DNA of 64,000 nucleotides from an uncultured Oscillospiraceae bacterium. Its GTDB lineage: Bacteria > Bacillota > Clostridia > Oscillospirales > Oscillospiraceae. A program made the translations under genes and the position numbers. The notes under the pieces are model-generated. The model saw only the letters and a list, made by a program, of their open reading frames with translations, was not told the DNA's origin and made no database searches. Below, in pieces: positions 29,607 through 39,046 of this stretch. Every line of letters starts with the position of its first letter. Position 1 is the stretch's first letter. Location of the stretch: positions 6,757-70,756 of the forward strand of contig CAUHNW010000006.1 of assembly GCA_959607825.1 (NCBI GenBank). Direction: 5' to 3'.

Positions 29607-30212
29607 GTGGAAGAACAGGAACTGATCCGACAGGCAGGGCAGGGGGACGAGTCGGCCTTTGAAGCGCTGGTAAAAGCCTACGAAAAGCCCGTCTACAGCC
29701 TGTGCCTCCGCATGTGCGGAGACCGAGACGAGGCCTTTGACCTGTCACAGGATACCTTTATCAAGGCATGGCATGCCATCGCCTTATTTCAGGGGGACAG
29801 CAAATTCCAGACATGGCTTTTGCGCATTGCCTCCAACACCTGCATCGATCATCTGCGGAAGAAAAAGCGCAGAAAAGCCGTGTCTCTGACGGAGCTGGAC
29901 GATGAGAATCAGCCGCTGGAACGGCAGATCGCCGACTACAGCACCGACCCGGCCCTGCTGGCGGAAAAGGCACAGGATCATGAAGCGGTTCGGGCGGCCA
30001 TGGATCGTCTGCCGGAGCAGGATCGACTGATTCTCTCCCTGCGGGCCGTGGAGGATATGAGCTATCAGGAGATCGGAACGGCTTTGGAGCTTCCAGCCGG
30101 CACGGTAAAATCCCGGATCTCCCGGGCGAGAGAAAAAATCAGACGCCAGCTGGACGGGAACCTTTTTTCGTTTTCTGCGTCTGATCAGAAGAAAGGGGGC
30201 AGAAGATCGTGA
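29607..30212 (+). CDS. ECF-type RNA polymerase sigma-70 factor
   Basis: GTG start behind a GAGGTGA RBS. Sigma region 2 (FEALVKAYEKPVYSLC...DLSQDTF) and region 4 (MSYQEIGTALELPAGTVKSRISRAR). Confidence 0.85.
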   Translation: MEEQELIRQAGQGDESAFEALVKAYEKPVYSLCLRMCGDRDEAFDLSQDTFIKAWHAIALFQGDSKFQTWLLRIASNTCIDHLRKKKRRKAVSLTELDDENQPLERQIADYSTDPALLAEKAQDHEAVRAAMDRLPEQDRLILSLRAVEDMSYQEIGTALELPAGTVKSRISRAREKIRRQLDGNLFSFSASDQKKGGRRS

Positions 30213-31060
30213 GAACCTGCGAATCCTATATTGCGGACATGAATCTCAGCATTGACGGACTTCTGGACGAAGCCGAAGAGCAGGCACTTCAGGCCCATCT
30301 GGCCGTCTGCCCCAAATGCCGGAGCCTGTATCAGTCCTATCAGGACATCAACGCCGCCATTCTGGAAGCCGAGGTGGAGCCGCCCAAGGGGCTGACCCAC
30401 AGCGTCATGACGCAAATCCATCAGGAAAAGACAAGGAACAAGCCAAAGGCCATTTTGAGCCGGATGCGGTTTACGCTGGCTGCGGCCGTGATCGCACTGG
30501 TGGTGGTGGCCGCCGGAACCTATCTGGGCCATCCCCGGGACAATATCAGTGCTGCGGCGCAAGCGGAATCCGCTGCGGTGGCGGAGGCAGCAGAAGCTCC
30601 CGCTGAGCCTTCCGCAGGCGAGGCCGCTCTTGCAGCACCGCCAAAAGTCGGAGCCACGGCAGAGCAGCCGGAAGCGGAAACCGAAGTCGATACTCAGGAC
30701 GCCGGAGCGGAAGAATATGCGGCCGATGCAGCCCCGGAGGCAGAAGGGAGATCCTTCGATTCCGCCATGGAGGACACGGTGGAATCCGGCGCAGCCGGCA
30801 CCGCACCGGAAACGGCTGTGGCCGCTTTGGAGGCCCTTGGATATCAGGGAACTCTGCTGGAGGTCTCCGCCACGGAGGAAACACTCTATGCGCTGCTGCC
30901 CGATGCCCAGCCCATTGAACTGGAAAACGGAGATACGGTCTATCAGGTGTCCCAGACGGCGTATGATTCTGTCATGGATCAGCTGCCCAGCATGGGCGGC
31001 GCCGTAATGGAAAGCAAAGGAAATTCGGACCAGACATATGTCTATCTGCTCTTGAAATAA
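30209..31060 (+). CDS. Putative zf-HC2 anti-sigma factor with one TM segment and a low-complexity ectodomain
   Basis: 4-nt overlap with the sigma gene. HLAVCPKCRSLY zinc-finger motif, a TM segment (LAAAVIALVVVAAG), and an A/E-rich region. Confidence 0.6.
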   Translation: MRTCESYIADMNLSIDGLLDEAEEQALQAHLAVCPKCRSLYQSYQDINAAILEAEVEPPKGLTHSVMTQIHQEKTRNKPKAILSRMRFTLAAAVIALVVVAAGTYLGHPRDNISAAAQAESAAVAEAAEAPAEPSAGEAALAAPPKVGATAEQPEAETEVDTQDAGAEEYAADAAPEAEGRSFDSAMEDTVESGAAGTAPETAVAALEALGYQGTLLEVSATEETLYALLPDAQPIELENGDTVYQVSQTAYDSVMDQLPSMGGAVMESKGNSDQTYVYLLLK

Positions 31061-31064
31061 AGGG

Positions 31065-31106
31065 AATCCCCCTGCGGAGACTGGGTTCCTCCGCAGGGGG
31101 ATTTTG
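31065..31106. terminator. Bidirectional terminator
   Basis: Hairpin aatccccctgcggag-N9-ctccgcagggggatt. Confidence 0.7.
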
Positions 31107-31148
31107 CACGAAAAGTGGCCGCTGCATTTCGCAGCGGCCACAAAGCAT

Positions 31149-32066
31149 TTATCTGCTTCCCTTGTCGTAGGGAACGCCCTCAGCCTTGGGGGCACGGGAT
31201 TTCTTGGAGGTGAAGATCAGGATCACCATGGATGCGATAAAGGGCATCATGTTGTAGATCTCCTTGCTCCAATGGAGGGTGGAGAGCACCGTGGAATCGG
31301 CAATGTTGGCCAGCGCCTTAAACACCGCAAAGAACAGCGCCGCACCGGCAATTTGCAGAGGCTTCCACTGACCAAAGATCATAACGGCCAGCGCAAGGAA
31401 GCCCATGCCCGCTACGCCGACCTCAAAGTTCCAGGAGGAAACCGAGGGGACAATATAGGCAAAGCCGCCAATGCCGCCCAGTACGCCGGAGATCAGCACG
31501 CCGCACCAGCGCATCTTATAGACATTGATTCCCACGGAATCCGCAGCCTGAGGATGCTCGCCGCAGGCGGAGAGCCGAAGGCCGAACCGGGTCTTATAGA
31601 GCACCACAAAGGCGGCGATCAGGATCACAATGCCAATGAAGAAGAACACGTTCAGGGTCAGAGGCCCGATGTTGAAGGAGAACGCAGAGTTGTCGAAATC
31701 CACCTTACCGGACTGACTGCCGTTAAACCGCTTGGCAGCAACCAGCGCAAGGGCTGTTGCCAGCAGGTTCAGGGCCGTACCGCCAATGGTCTGGTCTGCC
31801 TTCAGATTGACCGAAGCAAAGGCCAAAAGGGCGGAGTAAATGGCGCCGGAAATGGCAGAGCCAAGAATACTCAGGGTCACCATGGCCCATGCGGGCATAT
31901 CTGTGGGAAGCATCCGGGTCATAAGGACACCCACAAGACCGCCAATGACCATAATGCCCTCCAGTGCAATGTTAATGATACCGGAACGCTCGGAGAACAT
32001 GCCGCCAAGGGCAACCAGCATCAGCACCATCATATACATGAGGGTGTATTTCAGCAGCAGCATCAT
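31149..32066 (-). CDS. ABC transporter permease (nucleoside/BMP-type, NupQ/YufQ-like)
   Basis: 305-aa polytopic permease; 4-nt overlap with the upstream permease gene. Confidence 0.8.
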   Translation of the reverse strand: MMLLLKYTLMYMMVLMLVALGGMFSERSGIINIALEGIMVIGGLVGVLMTRMLPTDMPAWAMVTLSILGSAISGAIYSALLAFASVNLKADQTIGGTALNLLATALALVAAKRFNGSQSGKVDFDNSAFSFNIGPLTLNVFFFIGIVILIAAFVVLYKTRFGLRLSACGEHPQAADSVGINVYKMRWCGVLISGVLGGIGGFAYIVPSVSSWNFEVGVAGMGFLALAVMIFGQWKPLQIAGAALFFAVFKALANIADSTVLSTLHWSKEIYNMMPFIASMVILIFTSKKSRAPKAEGVPYDKGSR

Positions 32067-33235
32067 TGTGCGTCATCCTCCTTTCCGGTATCCGCTTCTT
32101 CTCCGAGAGAAGCAGCCGAGGCAGCGGCCGCAGTCTCTTCCTTCCGGCGGCCCAGCTTCTTGGTAAACCAGTTCTTAAACAGCAGGGAGAAGGCGCAGAG
32201 GTAAATGACCACACCGGAGATTACATCCGCAATTTCCGGTGGGAATACGTTGGTGTCCATAAAGCCGCCGCCGGTGGTAATGTGAGAGATAAAGGCAGCG
32301 GAGAAAATGGTGCCGATGGGGTTGGAGGAGGCAAGGAGGGCAACGGAAATGCCGTCAAAGCCGATGCCGGGCAGTGCCGTAGAATCCTGGGGATTCCACT
32401 CGGCCACACCGGAGAGATAATAAAGCCCTGCGCCAAAGCCCGCCAGTGCACCGGCGATGACCATGGAGAGGATGATGTTCCGCTTTTCGTTGATACCGGC
32501 GTACCGGGCTGCATCCTTGTTGTGGCCGCAGGCCTTCAGCTCATAGCCGAAGGTGGTCTTATCAATGATGAACCATACGATGACAGCCACCAGAATGGCA
32601 AGGAACACGGCAATGGTGGTGGACTTATTGGAGAACAGGTCACCCAATCCCAGATCCGGGATCACCGCATCCGGGAAGTTTGCCCGAAGGCTGTAGGACT
32701 TGGTCTTGGTGGCGTCATACATAATGCCGGTGCCGCCGCCATAGATGATGGTATTGACCGCATAGAGGCCGATCCAGTTGAACATAATGGCGGTAATGAC
32801 TTCGTTAACGTTGAGATACGCCTTGAGAATGCCGGGAATTGCGCCCCAGATGGCCCCAAACAGGGCAGAGGCCAGCAGGCACACCCACCATGGCATTTTC
32901 AGCACGATGGCAAAGAACAGCGCCCCAAAAGCGCCCACAGTATACTGACCCGCAGCGCCGATGTTAAAGAGGCCCGTCTTAAAGGCAAAGCCCACGGAAA
33001 GGCCGGTCATGATCAGCGGTGCGATCTGTGCGATCTCACGGCCTATGCCAATGGGCTTCATGTAGAAGCCGCCCATTAAGATCCGCTGGAAGCCCAGAGA
33101 CCACGCCCCTGCGGGATCCAGTGCCAGAAGGAACAGGAAGCCCAGTGCCAGACCGATCACGATACACAGCAGAGAGGACATGACCGTGGAGAAGCCGCTG
33201 CGCTGGAGCAGAGGAGATTTTGCTTGTTTTTTCAT
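32063..33235 (-). CDS. ABC transporter permease (NupP/YufP-like)
   Basis: 390-aa polytopic permease; its start overlaps the ATPase stop by 1 nt (TGATG). Confidence 0.8.
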   Translation of the reverse strand: MKKQAKSPLLQRSGFSTVMSSLLCIVIGLALGFLFLLALDPAGAWSLGFQRILMGGFYMKPIGIGREIAQIAPLIMTGLSVGFAFKTGLFNIGAAGQYTVGAFGALFFAIVLKMPWWVCLLASALFGAIWGAIPGILKAYLNVNEVITAIMFNWIGLYAVNTIIYGGGTGIMYDATKTKSYSLRANFPDAVIPDLGLGDLFSNKSTTIAVFLAILVAVIVWFIIDKTTFGYELKACGHNKDAARYAGINEKRNIILSMVIAGALAGFGAGLYYLSGVAEWNPQDSTALPGIGFDGISVALLASSNPIGTIFSAAFISHITTGGGFMDTNVFPPEIADVISGVVIYLCAFSLLFKNWFTKKLGRRKEETAAAASAASLGEEADTGKEDDAQ

Positions 33236-34785
33236 CAGGACACCTCCTCAAATTTATGGCCCCGCTTTGCGCCGGACATATACAGGCCCAGCGTCTGGAC
33301 ATCTGTGGTCTTGGGATTGAACTCGCCCACGATTTCGCCCTCATACATGACCAGAATACGGTCAGAGAGGTTCATGACCTCGTCCAATTCCAGCGAAACC
33401 AGAAGCACAGCCTTCCCGGCGTCCCGCTGGGCCACCAGCTGCTTGTGAATGTTTTCAATGGCGCCTACGTCCAGACCACGGGTGGGCTGCACCGCCACCA
33501 GCAGCTCGGGATCCTTATCCAGCTCCCGGGCGATAATGGCCTTCTGCTGGTTGCCGCCGGACATAGCCCGAACCGTCGTCGTAGCGCCCTGACCGGAGCG
33601 GACATCGTATTCCTCGATGAGCCGGTTGGCGTACTGCCGCACGGCATCTTTGCGGATCACGGAGTGATTCTGGAACTCCGGCTCCCAATAGCGCTGGAGC
33701 ACCATATTCTCCTCCAGAGAATAGTCGAGAACAAGGCCGTGCTTATGGCGATCCTCGGGAATATGGCTCATGCCCAGCTTGCTGCGGCTGCGGATGGGGG
33801 CACGGGTAATGTCCTTCCCCAGCATGGTAATGGTGCCCGCAGTGGACTTTTCCAGGCCGGTAACTGCATAGACAAATTCCGTCTGCCCATTGCCCTCAAT
33901 GCCTGCCAGACAGACGATCTCACCGCCCCGGACTTCCAGAGAGGCATTCTTTACCGCATCATTCTTATGAACCTTGGAGGGGACGGTAAGTCCGTCTACC
34001 TTCAGGATCACGTCACCCAAGTGGGTTTCCTGCTTGGAGACCGTCAGCTGTACATCACGGCCCACCATCATCCGGGAAAGCTCCTGAGCATTGGTATCCT
34101 TGATGTTGACGGTGCCCGTGCATTTGCCCTTCCGGAGCACGGTGCAGCGATCGGCCACCGCCATGATCTCCGCCAGCTTATGGGTGATAAACAGAATGCT
34201 TTTTCCTTCCTTGGTAAAGTTCCGCATGATCTCCATAAGCTCGTCGATCTCCTGAGGCGTCAGAACTGCCGTAGGCTCGTCAAAGATCAGGATCTCATTT
34301 TCCCGGTAGAGCATCTTCAGGATCTCCACTCTCTGCTGCATGCCAACAGAAATATCTTCGATCTTTGCGTCAGGGTCTACCTTCAGGCCGTAGCGCTCAG
34401 ACAGCTCCACGACCTTTTTCCGGGCTTCCTTCCGATTGATGAACCCGTGATTGCAGGGCTCACAGCCAAGGATGATATTGTCGAGAACCGTAAAGCATTC
34501 TACCAGCTTGAAGTGCTGATGCACCATGCCGATATGCAGGGCAGTGGCATCGTTGGGGTTCTTGATCTCTACAACCTGTCCGTCTTTTTTGATGGTGCCG
34601 GATTCCGGCTGATAAAGGCCGAAGAGTACGCTCATCAGGGTGGACTTTCCAGCGCCATTTTCGCCCAGAAGCGCATGTACCTCGCCCTTTTTCAGTTGCA
34701 GGGTGATGTTGTCATTGGCCTTGATACCGGGAAATTCCTTGGTGATGTTCAGCATTTCAATGACGTAATCGCTCATGCACATCAT
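33235..34785 (-). CDS. ABC transporter ATP-binding protein with duplicated ABC domains
   Basis: Two sets of Walker A/B and signature motifs (GENGAGKST...; LSGGNQQK). 516 aa. Confidence 0.9.
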   Translation of the reverse strand: MMCMSDYVIEMLNITKEFPGIKANDNITLQLKKGEVHALLGENGAGKSTLMSVLFGLYQPESGTIKKDGQVVEIKNPNDATALHIGMVHQHFKLVECFTVLDNIILGCEPCNHGFINRKEARKKVVELSERYGLKVDPDAKIEDISVGMQQRVEILKMLYRENEILIFDEPTAVLTPQEIDELMEIMRNFTKEGKSILFITHKLAEIMAVADRCTVLRKGKCTGTVNIKDTNAQELSRMMVGRDVQLTVSKQETHLGDVILKVDGLTVPSKVHKNDAVKNASLEVRGGEIVCLAGIEGNGQTEFVYAVTGLEKSTAGTITMLGKDITRAPIRSRSKLGMSHIPEDRHKHGLVLDYSLEENMVLQRYWEPEFQNHSVIRKDAVRQYANRLIEEYDVRSGQGATTTVRAMSGGNQQKAIIARELDKDPELLVAVQPTRGLDVGAIENIHKQLVAQRDAGKAVLLVSLELDEVMNLSDRILVMYEGEIVGEFNPKTTDVQTLGLYMSGAKRGHKFEEVS

Positions 34786-34892
34786 CTCCCTCGTTTCATA
34801 TTGCAGGTTATATTATATTGAGTATTGCACCAAAAAGCAAGGATATCCTTTGGATTCTCATTTGTTTTTTCATCCCCCGGGAAAATGGGCAT

Positions 34893-34926
34893 AAAAAATC
34901 CGCCCCGGAGAAATCCGGAGCGGATC
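34893..34926 (-). terminator. Intra-operon hairpin; possible attenuator between the binding-protein and ATPase genes
   Basis: gatccgctccggatttctccggggcggatc followed by a T-run on the minus strand. Confidence 0.45.
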
Positions 34927-34935
34927 GCTTAAAAA

Positions 34936-36093
34936 TTACTCGATGACAGTCAGAGTGGTGTGATCACCAACTGCGGGATAGTCAGCGATGGAGTCGGAGA
35001 TGGAAACCTCGCCGGACTTGATCTTCTCAACCAGAGCGTTGTAGTCGTCCACGGTGAAGTTCTTCATGCTCCAGGTATCGGTGGGCAGGCCAACATAGTC
35101 GCCGTCTGTCAGAGACAGGGAGGACAGGGTGCCGCCAACGGTATCCCACTGGCCGTTGAAGTAGGTATCCAGTGCGTTGTAGGTAGCAGCGTACAGGCCC
35201 TTCATAGCGGAAGTGATGATGCAGGGATCAATGTTGGACTGGTCAACGTCAACGCCGATGACCTTGCCTTCGTACTTGTTGGCAGCCTCAACCGCAGAGG
35301 TGTAGATGCCGCCGCCGCAGGCGAAGACGACCTCGGTGCCGTCAGAGTACCAGCCCTCCATCTTTGCGGTGATGGTAGCATCGCCGAAGAACTGGCCGCC
35401 ATAGGTGTACTTGATTTCAACGTCAACGCCCTTCTCGTTTGCAGCGTCGTTGATGCCCTGAATGTAGCCGTAGCCATAGCGCTGAACAGCGGGAACAGCC
35501 ATGCCGCCCAGATAGCCCAGCTTGGTATAGCCTTCCATAACAGCAGCGTAGCCAGCCAGATAACCGGCCTGCTCCTCATGGAACACCATGGTGTGGGTGT
35601 TCTTTGCCAGAGTGGTGTCGCCCAGATCGCTCTCGCCTACGTCAACGGCGATGAACTTTACGTTGGGATACAGGTCCTGAGTCTGGCCGATGGCCTCACC
35701 GAACAGGTAGCCGGGCATGATGATCACGGTTGCACCCTCGTTAACAGCCTGTGTAATGGAAGTAACACGGGCATCGGTGGAGTCCTCGGTGGGCTTATAG
35801 TAGGTGGTCTCGATGTTGTGCTCCTTGCCGTAGTCCACCATGGCCTCGTAGCAGGTCTGGTTAAAGGACTCGTCGTCGATGTTGCCGACATCGGTAACAA
35901 GGGCAATCTTGTCAGCGCCGGACGCAGTCTCGGTACCAGCGGTGGAACCGGCCTCAGCAGCAGCAGTGGAACCAGTCTGGGGTGCGGCAGCAGAAGCGGC
36001 AGAGCTTCCCTTGTCGGAGCCACAGCCGGAGAGCATTGCCAGCATCATGCCTGCAGCCAGAGCAAGCGCAGTGATTCTCTTCATGTGATTCAA
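34936..36093 (-). CDS. BMP-family (PnrA/Med-like) ABC substrate-binding lipoprotein, probably nucleoside-binding
   Basis: Lipobox LSGC; S/A-rich linker; BMP fold. Confidence 0.85.
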   Translation of the reverse strand: MNHMKRITALALAAGMMLAMLSGCGSDKGSSAASAAAPQTGSTAAAEAGSTAGTETASGADKIALVTDVGNIDDESFNQTCYEAMVDYGKEHNIETTYYKPTEDSTDARVTSITQAVNEGATVIIMPGYLFGEAIGQTQDLYPNVKFIAVDVGESDLGDTTLAKNTHTMVFHEEQAGYLAGYAAVMEGYTKLGYLGGMAVPAVQRYGYGYIQGINDAANEKGVDVEIKYTYGGQFFGDATITAKMEGWYSDGTEVVFACGGGIYTSAVEAANKYEGKVIGVDVDQSNIDPCIITSAMKGLYAATYNALDTYFNGQWDTVGGTLSSLSLTDGDYVGLPTDTWSMKNFTVDDYNALVEKIKSGEVSISDSIADYPAVGDHTTLTVIE

Positions 36094-36200
36094 CCTCCAA
36101 AAAAAATTGCGGCATTTTTACCGCCAACCTATTCTTGCACAAACAGCGTAAAAAATCAACCGGTATTTTCGGTTCTTACGTTTTTTTGTAAAGTTTGTAT

Positions 36201-36241
36201 CAAAAAACGCTGCCAAAGGTGTAATATTGCCCTTGGCAGCG
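36201..36241 (-). terminator. Terminator after cdd
   Basis: Hairpin cgctgccaa-N16-ttggcagcg followed by a U-run on the minus strand. Confidence 0.65.
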
Positions 36242-36250
36242 CCCCAATTT

Positions 36251-36667
36251 TCAGTTGTCCTGCATATATTCCCCGGCGGAGAAGCTGTAGGGGAGGATAT
36301 CCTTCAGGGTCAGTGCCTTGATCTCGTTGTCGCGTCCCACCAGATAAACCTCAAAATCATCCCGGCAGAACTCCCGCATCACTTGACGGCATACGCCGCA
36401 GGGCGGGAAGAAGCCGGTAACGGTTCCGCCCTTGCCGCCCACCACAGCGATGGCCCGAAAGTCCCGTTTTCCGTCATAAATGGCCTTGAAGAAGGCAGTT
36501 CGCTCAGCGCAGACCGTGGGGGTAAAGGACGCATTTTCGATGTTGCAGCCCTGATAGACGGTGCCATCGGCGGTCAGCAGCGCCGCCCCTACCAGATAGC
36601 CGGAATAGGGGGCGTAGGCATGCCCCATGGCCTCAACGGCCTTCCGGGCAAGTTCTTCCTTTGTCAT
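36251..36667 (-). CDS. cdd: Cytidine deaminase
   Basis: Zinc-binding CAERTA and PCGVCRQ motifs. 138 aa. Confidence 0.9.
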   Translation of the reverse strand: MTKEELARKAVEAMGHAYAPYSGYLVGAALLTADGTVYQGCNIENASFTPTVCAERTAFFKAIYDGKRDFRAIAVVGGKGGTVTGFFPPCGVCRQVMREFCRDDFEVYLVGRDNEIKALTLKDILPYSFSAGEYMQDN

Positions 36668-36682
36668 ATGGTCGCTTCCTCC

Positions 36683-38782
36683 TTAGCCGGTTCCAACGGT
36701 GATGACCCGGTCACGTTTTTTATAGGTGCTCTTCCCCAGATAGTTGGTCTCCAGCAGGGTGCCGTCACCGCTGTAGACATACTGGTATGCCTCGTAGGTG
36801 TAGCCCGTATAGGGATAGGTGGTCTCCTTGGAGGTGCCGGAGGGCAGGGAGCTGCTGTACTCGGTCACCGTGCTGTAGGGCGTGGTGGAGAGCTTGGTAT
36901 AGTCCAGCACCACATAGTTGTCGTTGATCTTGGTGCCGTAGATGGAGATATTCACATAGCCCCCGGATACCCATGCGTCCACACGGATGGGATATTCGGT
37001 ATTGTTGCGGAAGCAGAAGTCCTGCGAGCCCCAGTAAACTGTGGCATCAAGGCCGCCGTTGACATAGGTCACGAAGAAGGTGTGGGGGGCACGCTCGGTG
37101 ATCTCCAGATCTGCGTACAGGGCAGCATCATAGACGGTGGAGGCCACCTGGCAGATGCCGCCGCCGGTTTCCTCCTTGGAATCGCTGCCCACATAGACCG
37201 TAGCCTTCTGGTAGCCCTTGGCGGCGGTGCGTTCACCCACCACGCCGTTAAAGGAGAAGGTCTCTCCGGCATTGATGACCGTGCCGTTGATGGCATTACA
37301 GGCAAGGGTCAGGTTGGCGGTTCGTCCTGCGTTGGCGGTATGGGGAGAGGAGAAGGTGGAAAGCTGATCCCGGAACAGCACTGCCCGGATCTCATCGGCA
37401 GTTTTCTCCGGAGGAACGGCAGTCATGGGAACGCTGACCAGCTCGCCCCACTTCGCATTTACAATCTGATTGACGGCGGACTCCCAGTCCAGCGTATAAC
37501 CGTCATAGCCCTCCTGTACGTCGCCGTTGGCATAGTACGGCTCCGTGGGATCACAGGCCAGCTCATGATAGGCATCGGTGATGTCCACATCTGTGGGGAT
37601 CACCTCGGTCAGCTCCAGCGTAACGCTGCCGTATGTGCCGGAGGCCATAGCCTCCTCGGCCTTTTTGTACAGATCTTCTGCCTTCATGGTATAGCCCGGG
37701 GTGCCCATGTAGACATCGATGGTATGGGAGTCAGCGTCGGCGTAGACATAGGGCTCCACCACGTCCACCCCATAGTCCCGGACGCACTGACGGGTCAGGC
37801 GGGCAAGGGCCTTGGTGTCGATCTCGATTTTGTCGTAGTCCAGCGAAATATCGGAAAAGTCCAGCGTTGTAAATGCCTGCTCCACTGCGTTTTCGATGCT
37901 CTCCGGCAGGATCTCACGTCCCGGTTCTCCAAGGGTCAGGGTGACGGTATGGTTCCCTTCGTCGTAGGAGGCTGTGGACTCCGTAGGCTCGATCCGGGTC
38001 TCCTTGCTGATCGTTTCGGCCTGCTTCGCAATATCCTCGCTGCTGTATTTAAGCTCAGTCTCCGCCGTCAGGTGGTATTCTGTGGCCTTGGCCTGCCGGT
38101 AGGCCTTATACATGCCAAAGGCTGTGGTGTCCGTGCGCATATAGCTGTAGGCACGCCGGGCCACCGCCTCGCCATTGAGGGTCACACCCTCCTGTGCCGG
38201 GCAGAACTCATAGCTGCCGTCCGGAAGCTTTACCGTAACGGAATTGGAGGGAGAACGCAGGGCCTCTTCAATGGCCGCCTGTGCCTCCGACTGGGTCATT
38301 CCGCCCAGATTAATCCCGGCGCAGTAGACGTTGGGCATGATCTTGTCATAGCTCTCGTAGGGCTTGATGACCAGATACACATAGCTGATGCCCGCAATGG
38401 CGCAGAGGGCCAGTACCGCAAATACGCACGTCAAGGCGATAAACAGCTTTCGGTGGGGCTTTTCCGGCTCATTGGCGTCCGGCTCCTGTCGGGGGGGCTC
38501 CGCCGGTGGAGGAGGATCGACGTCCTCCGGCGCCGGAGCTGCATGCTCCGGTTCCTCCTCCGGCGTTGGCTCCGGGGCTTCCGGTACCGGGGATGGTTCC
38601 GGTTCCGAAGGGCAGGGGACAGGTGCCTGCTCCGTTGGCTCCTCCACCGGTGTCACTGGGGCTGTGACTTCGGGCTGCATGGCAGGACCATCCAGCGGCT
38701 CGTCATCTTCCAGCTGAATATTGGGAACATAGCCGGAGGCATCCTCCGGGACTATGGCTTTCTCATTGGGATCAACAGACAT
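36683..38782 (-). CDS. VanW-family protein with a Pro/Glu-rich cytoplasmic N-terminus and one TM segment
   Basis: C-terminal VanW-like core (GGGICQVASTVYDAALYADLEI...); TM segment LFIALTCVFAVLALCAIAGI. Confidence 0.7.
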   Translation of the reverse strand: MSVDPNEKAIVPEDASGYVPNIQLEDDEPLDGPAMQPEVTAPVTPVEEPTEQAPVPCPSEPEPSPVPEAPEPTPEEEPEHAAPAPEDVDPPPPAEPPRQEPDANEPEKPHRKLFIALTCVFAVLALCAIAGISYVYLVIKPYESYDKIMPNVYCAGINLGGMTQSEAQAAIEEALRSPSNSVTVKLPDGSYEFCPAQEGVTLNGEAVARRAYSYMRTDTTAFGMYKAYRQAKATEYHLTAETELKYSSEDIAKQAETISKETRIEPTESTASYDEGNHTVTLTLGEPGREILPESIENAVEQAFTTLDFSDISLDYDKIEIDTKALARLTRQCVRDYGVDVVEPYVYADADSHTIDVYMGTPGYTMKAEDLYKKAEEAMASGTYGSVTLELTEVIPTDVDITDAYHELACDPTEPYYANGDVQEGYDGYTLDWESAVNQIVNAKWGELVSVPMTAVPPEKTADEIRAVLFRDQLSTFSSPHTANAGRTANLTLACNAINGTVINAGETFSFNGVVGERTAAKGYQKATVYVGSDSKEETGGGICQVASTVYDAALYADLEITERAPHTFFVTYVNGGLDATVYWGSQDFCFRNNTEYPIRVDAWVSGGYVNISIYGTKINDNYVVLDYTKLSTTPYSTVTEYSSSLPSGTSKETTYPYTGYTYEAYQYVYSGDGTLLETNYLGKSTYKKRDRVITVGTG

Positions 38783-39046
38783 GGACTGCTCCTTTCTGCG
38801 GTGAAAAGCAGTTTTTTGTCTTTATTATACAAAAAGCGTGCTTCGAATGCAAATTTTTATTATGAGGTTTTCCCTTTGTTTCCAGTATAGACGCATGATT
38901 TTCGCAAAATGTTTCACTTTATATTATTTTTTGTAGAAATTTACTGTTTTTCATTTACTCCGGCGAGCAAATACGCTATAATAAATGAATGGCGATTTGC
39001 GTGTTTTTACGCTGTTTTACAGTTTTTTCGGCAGGAGAGATCATAG

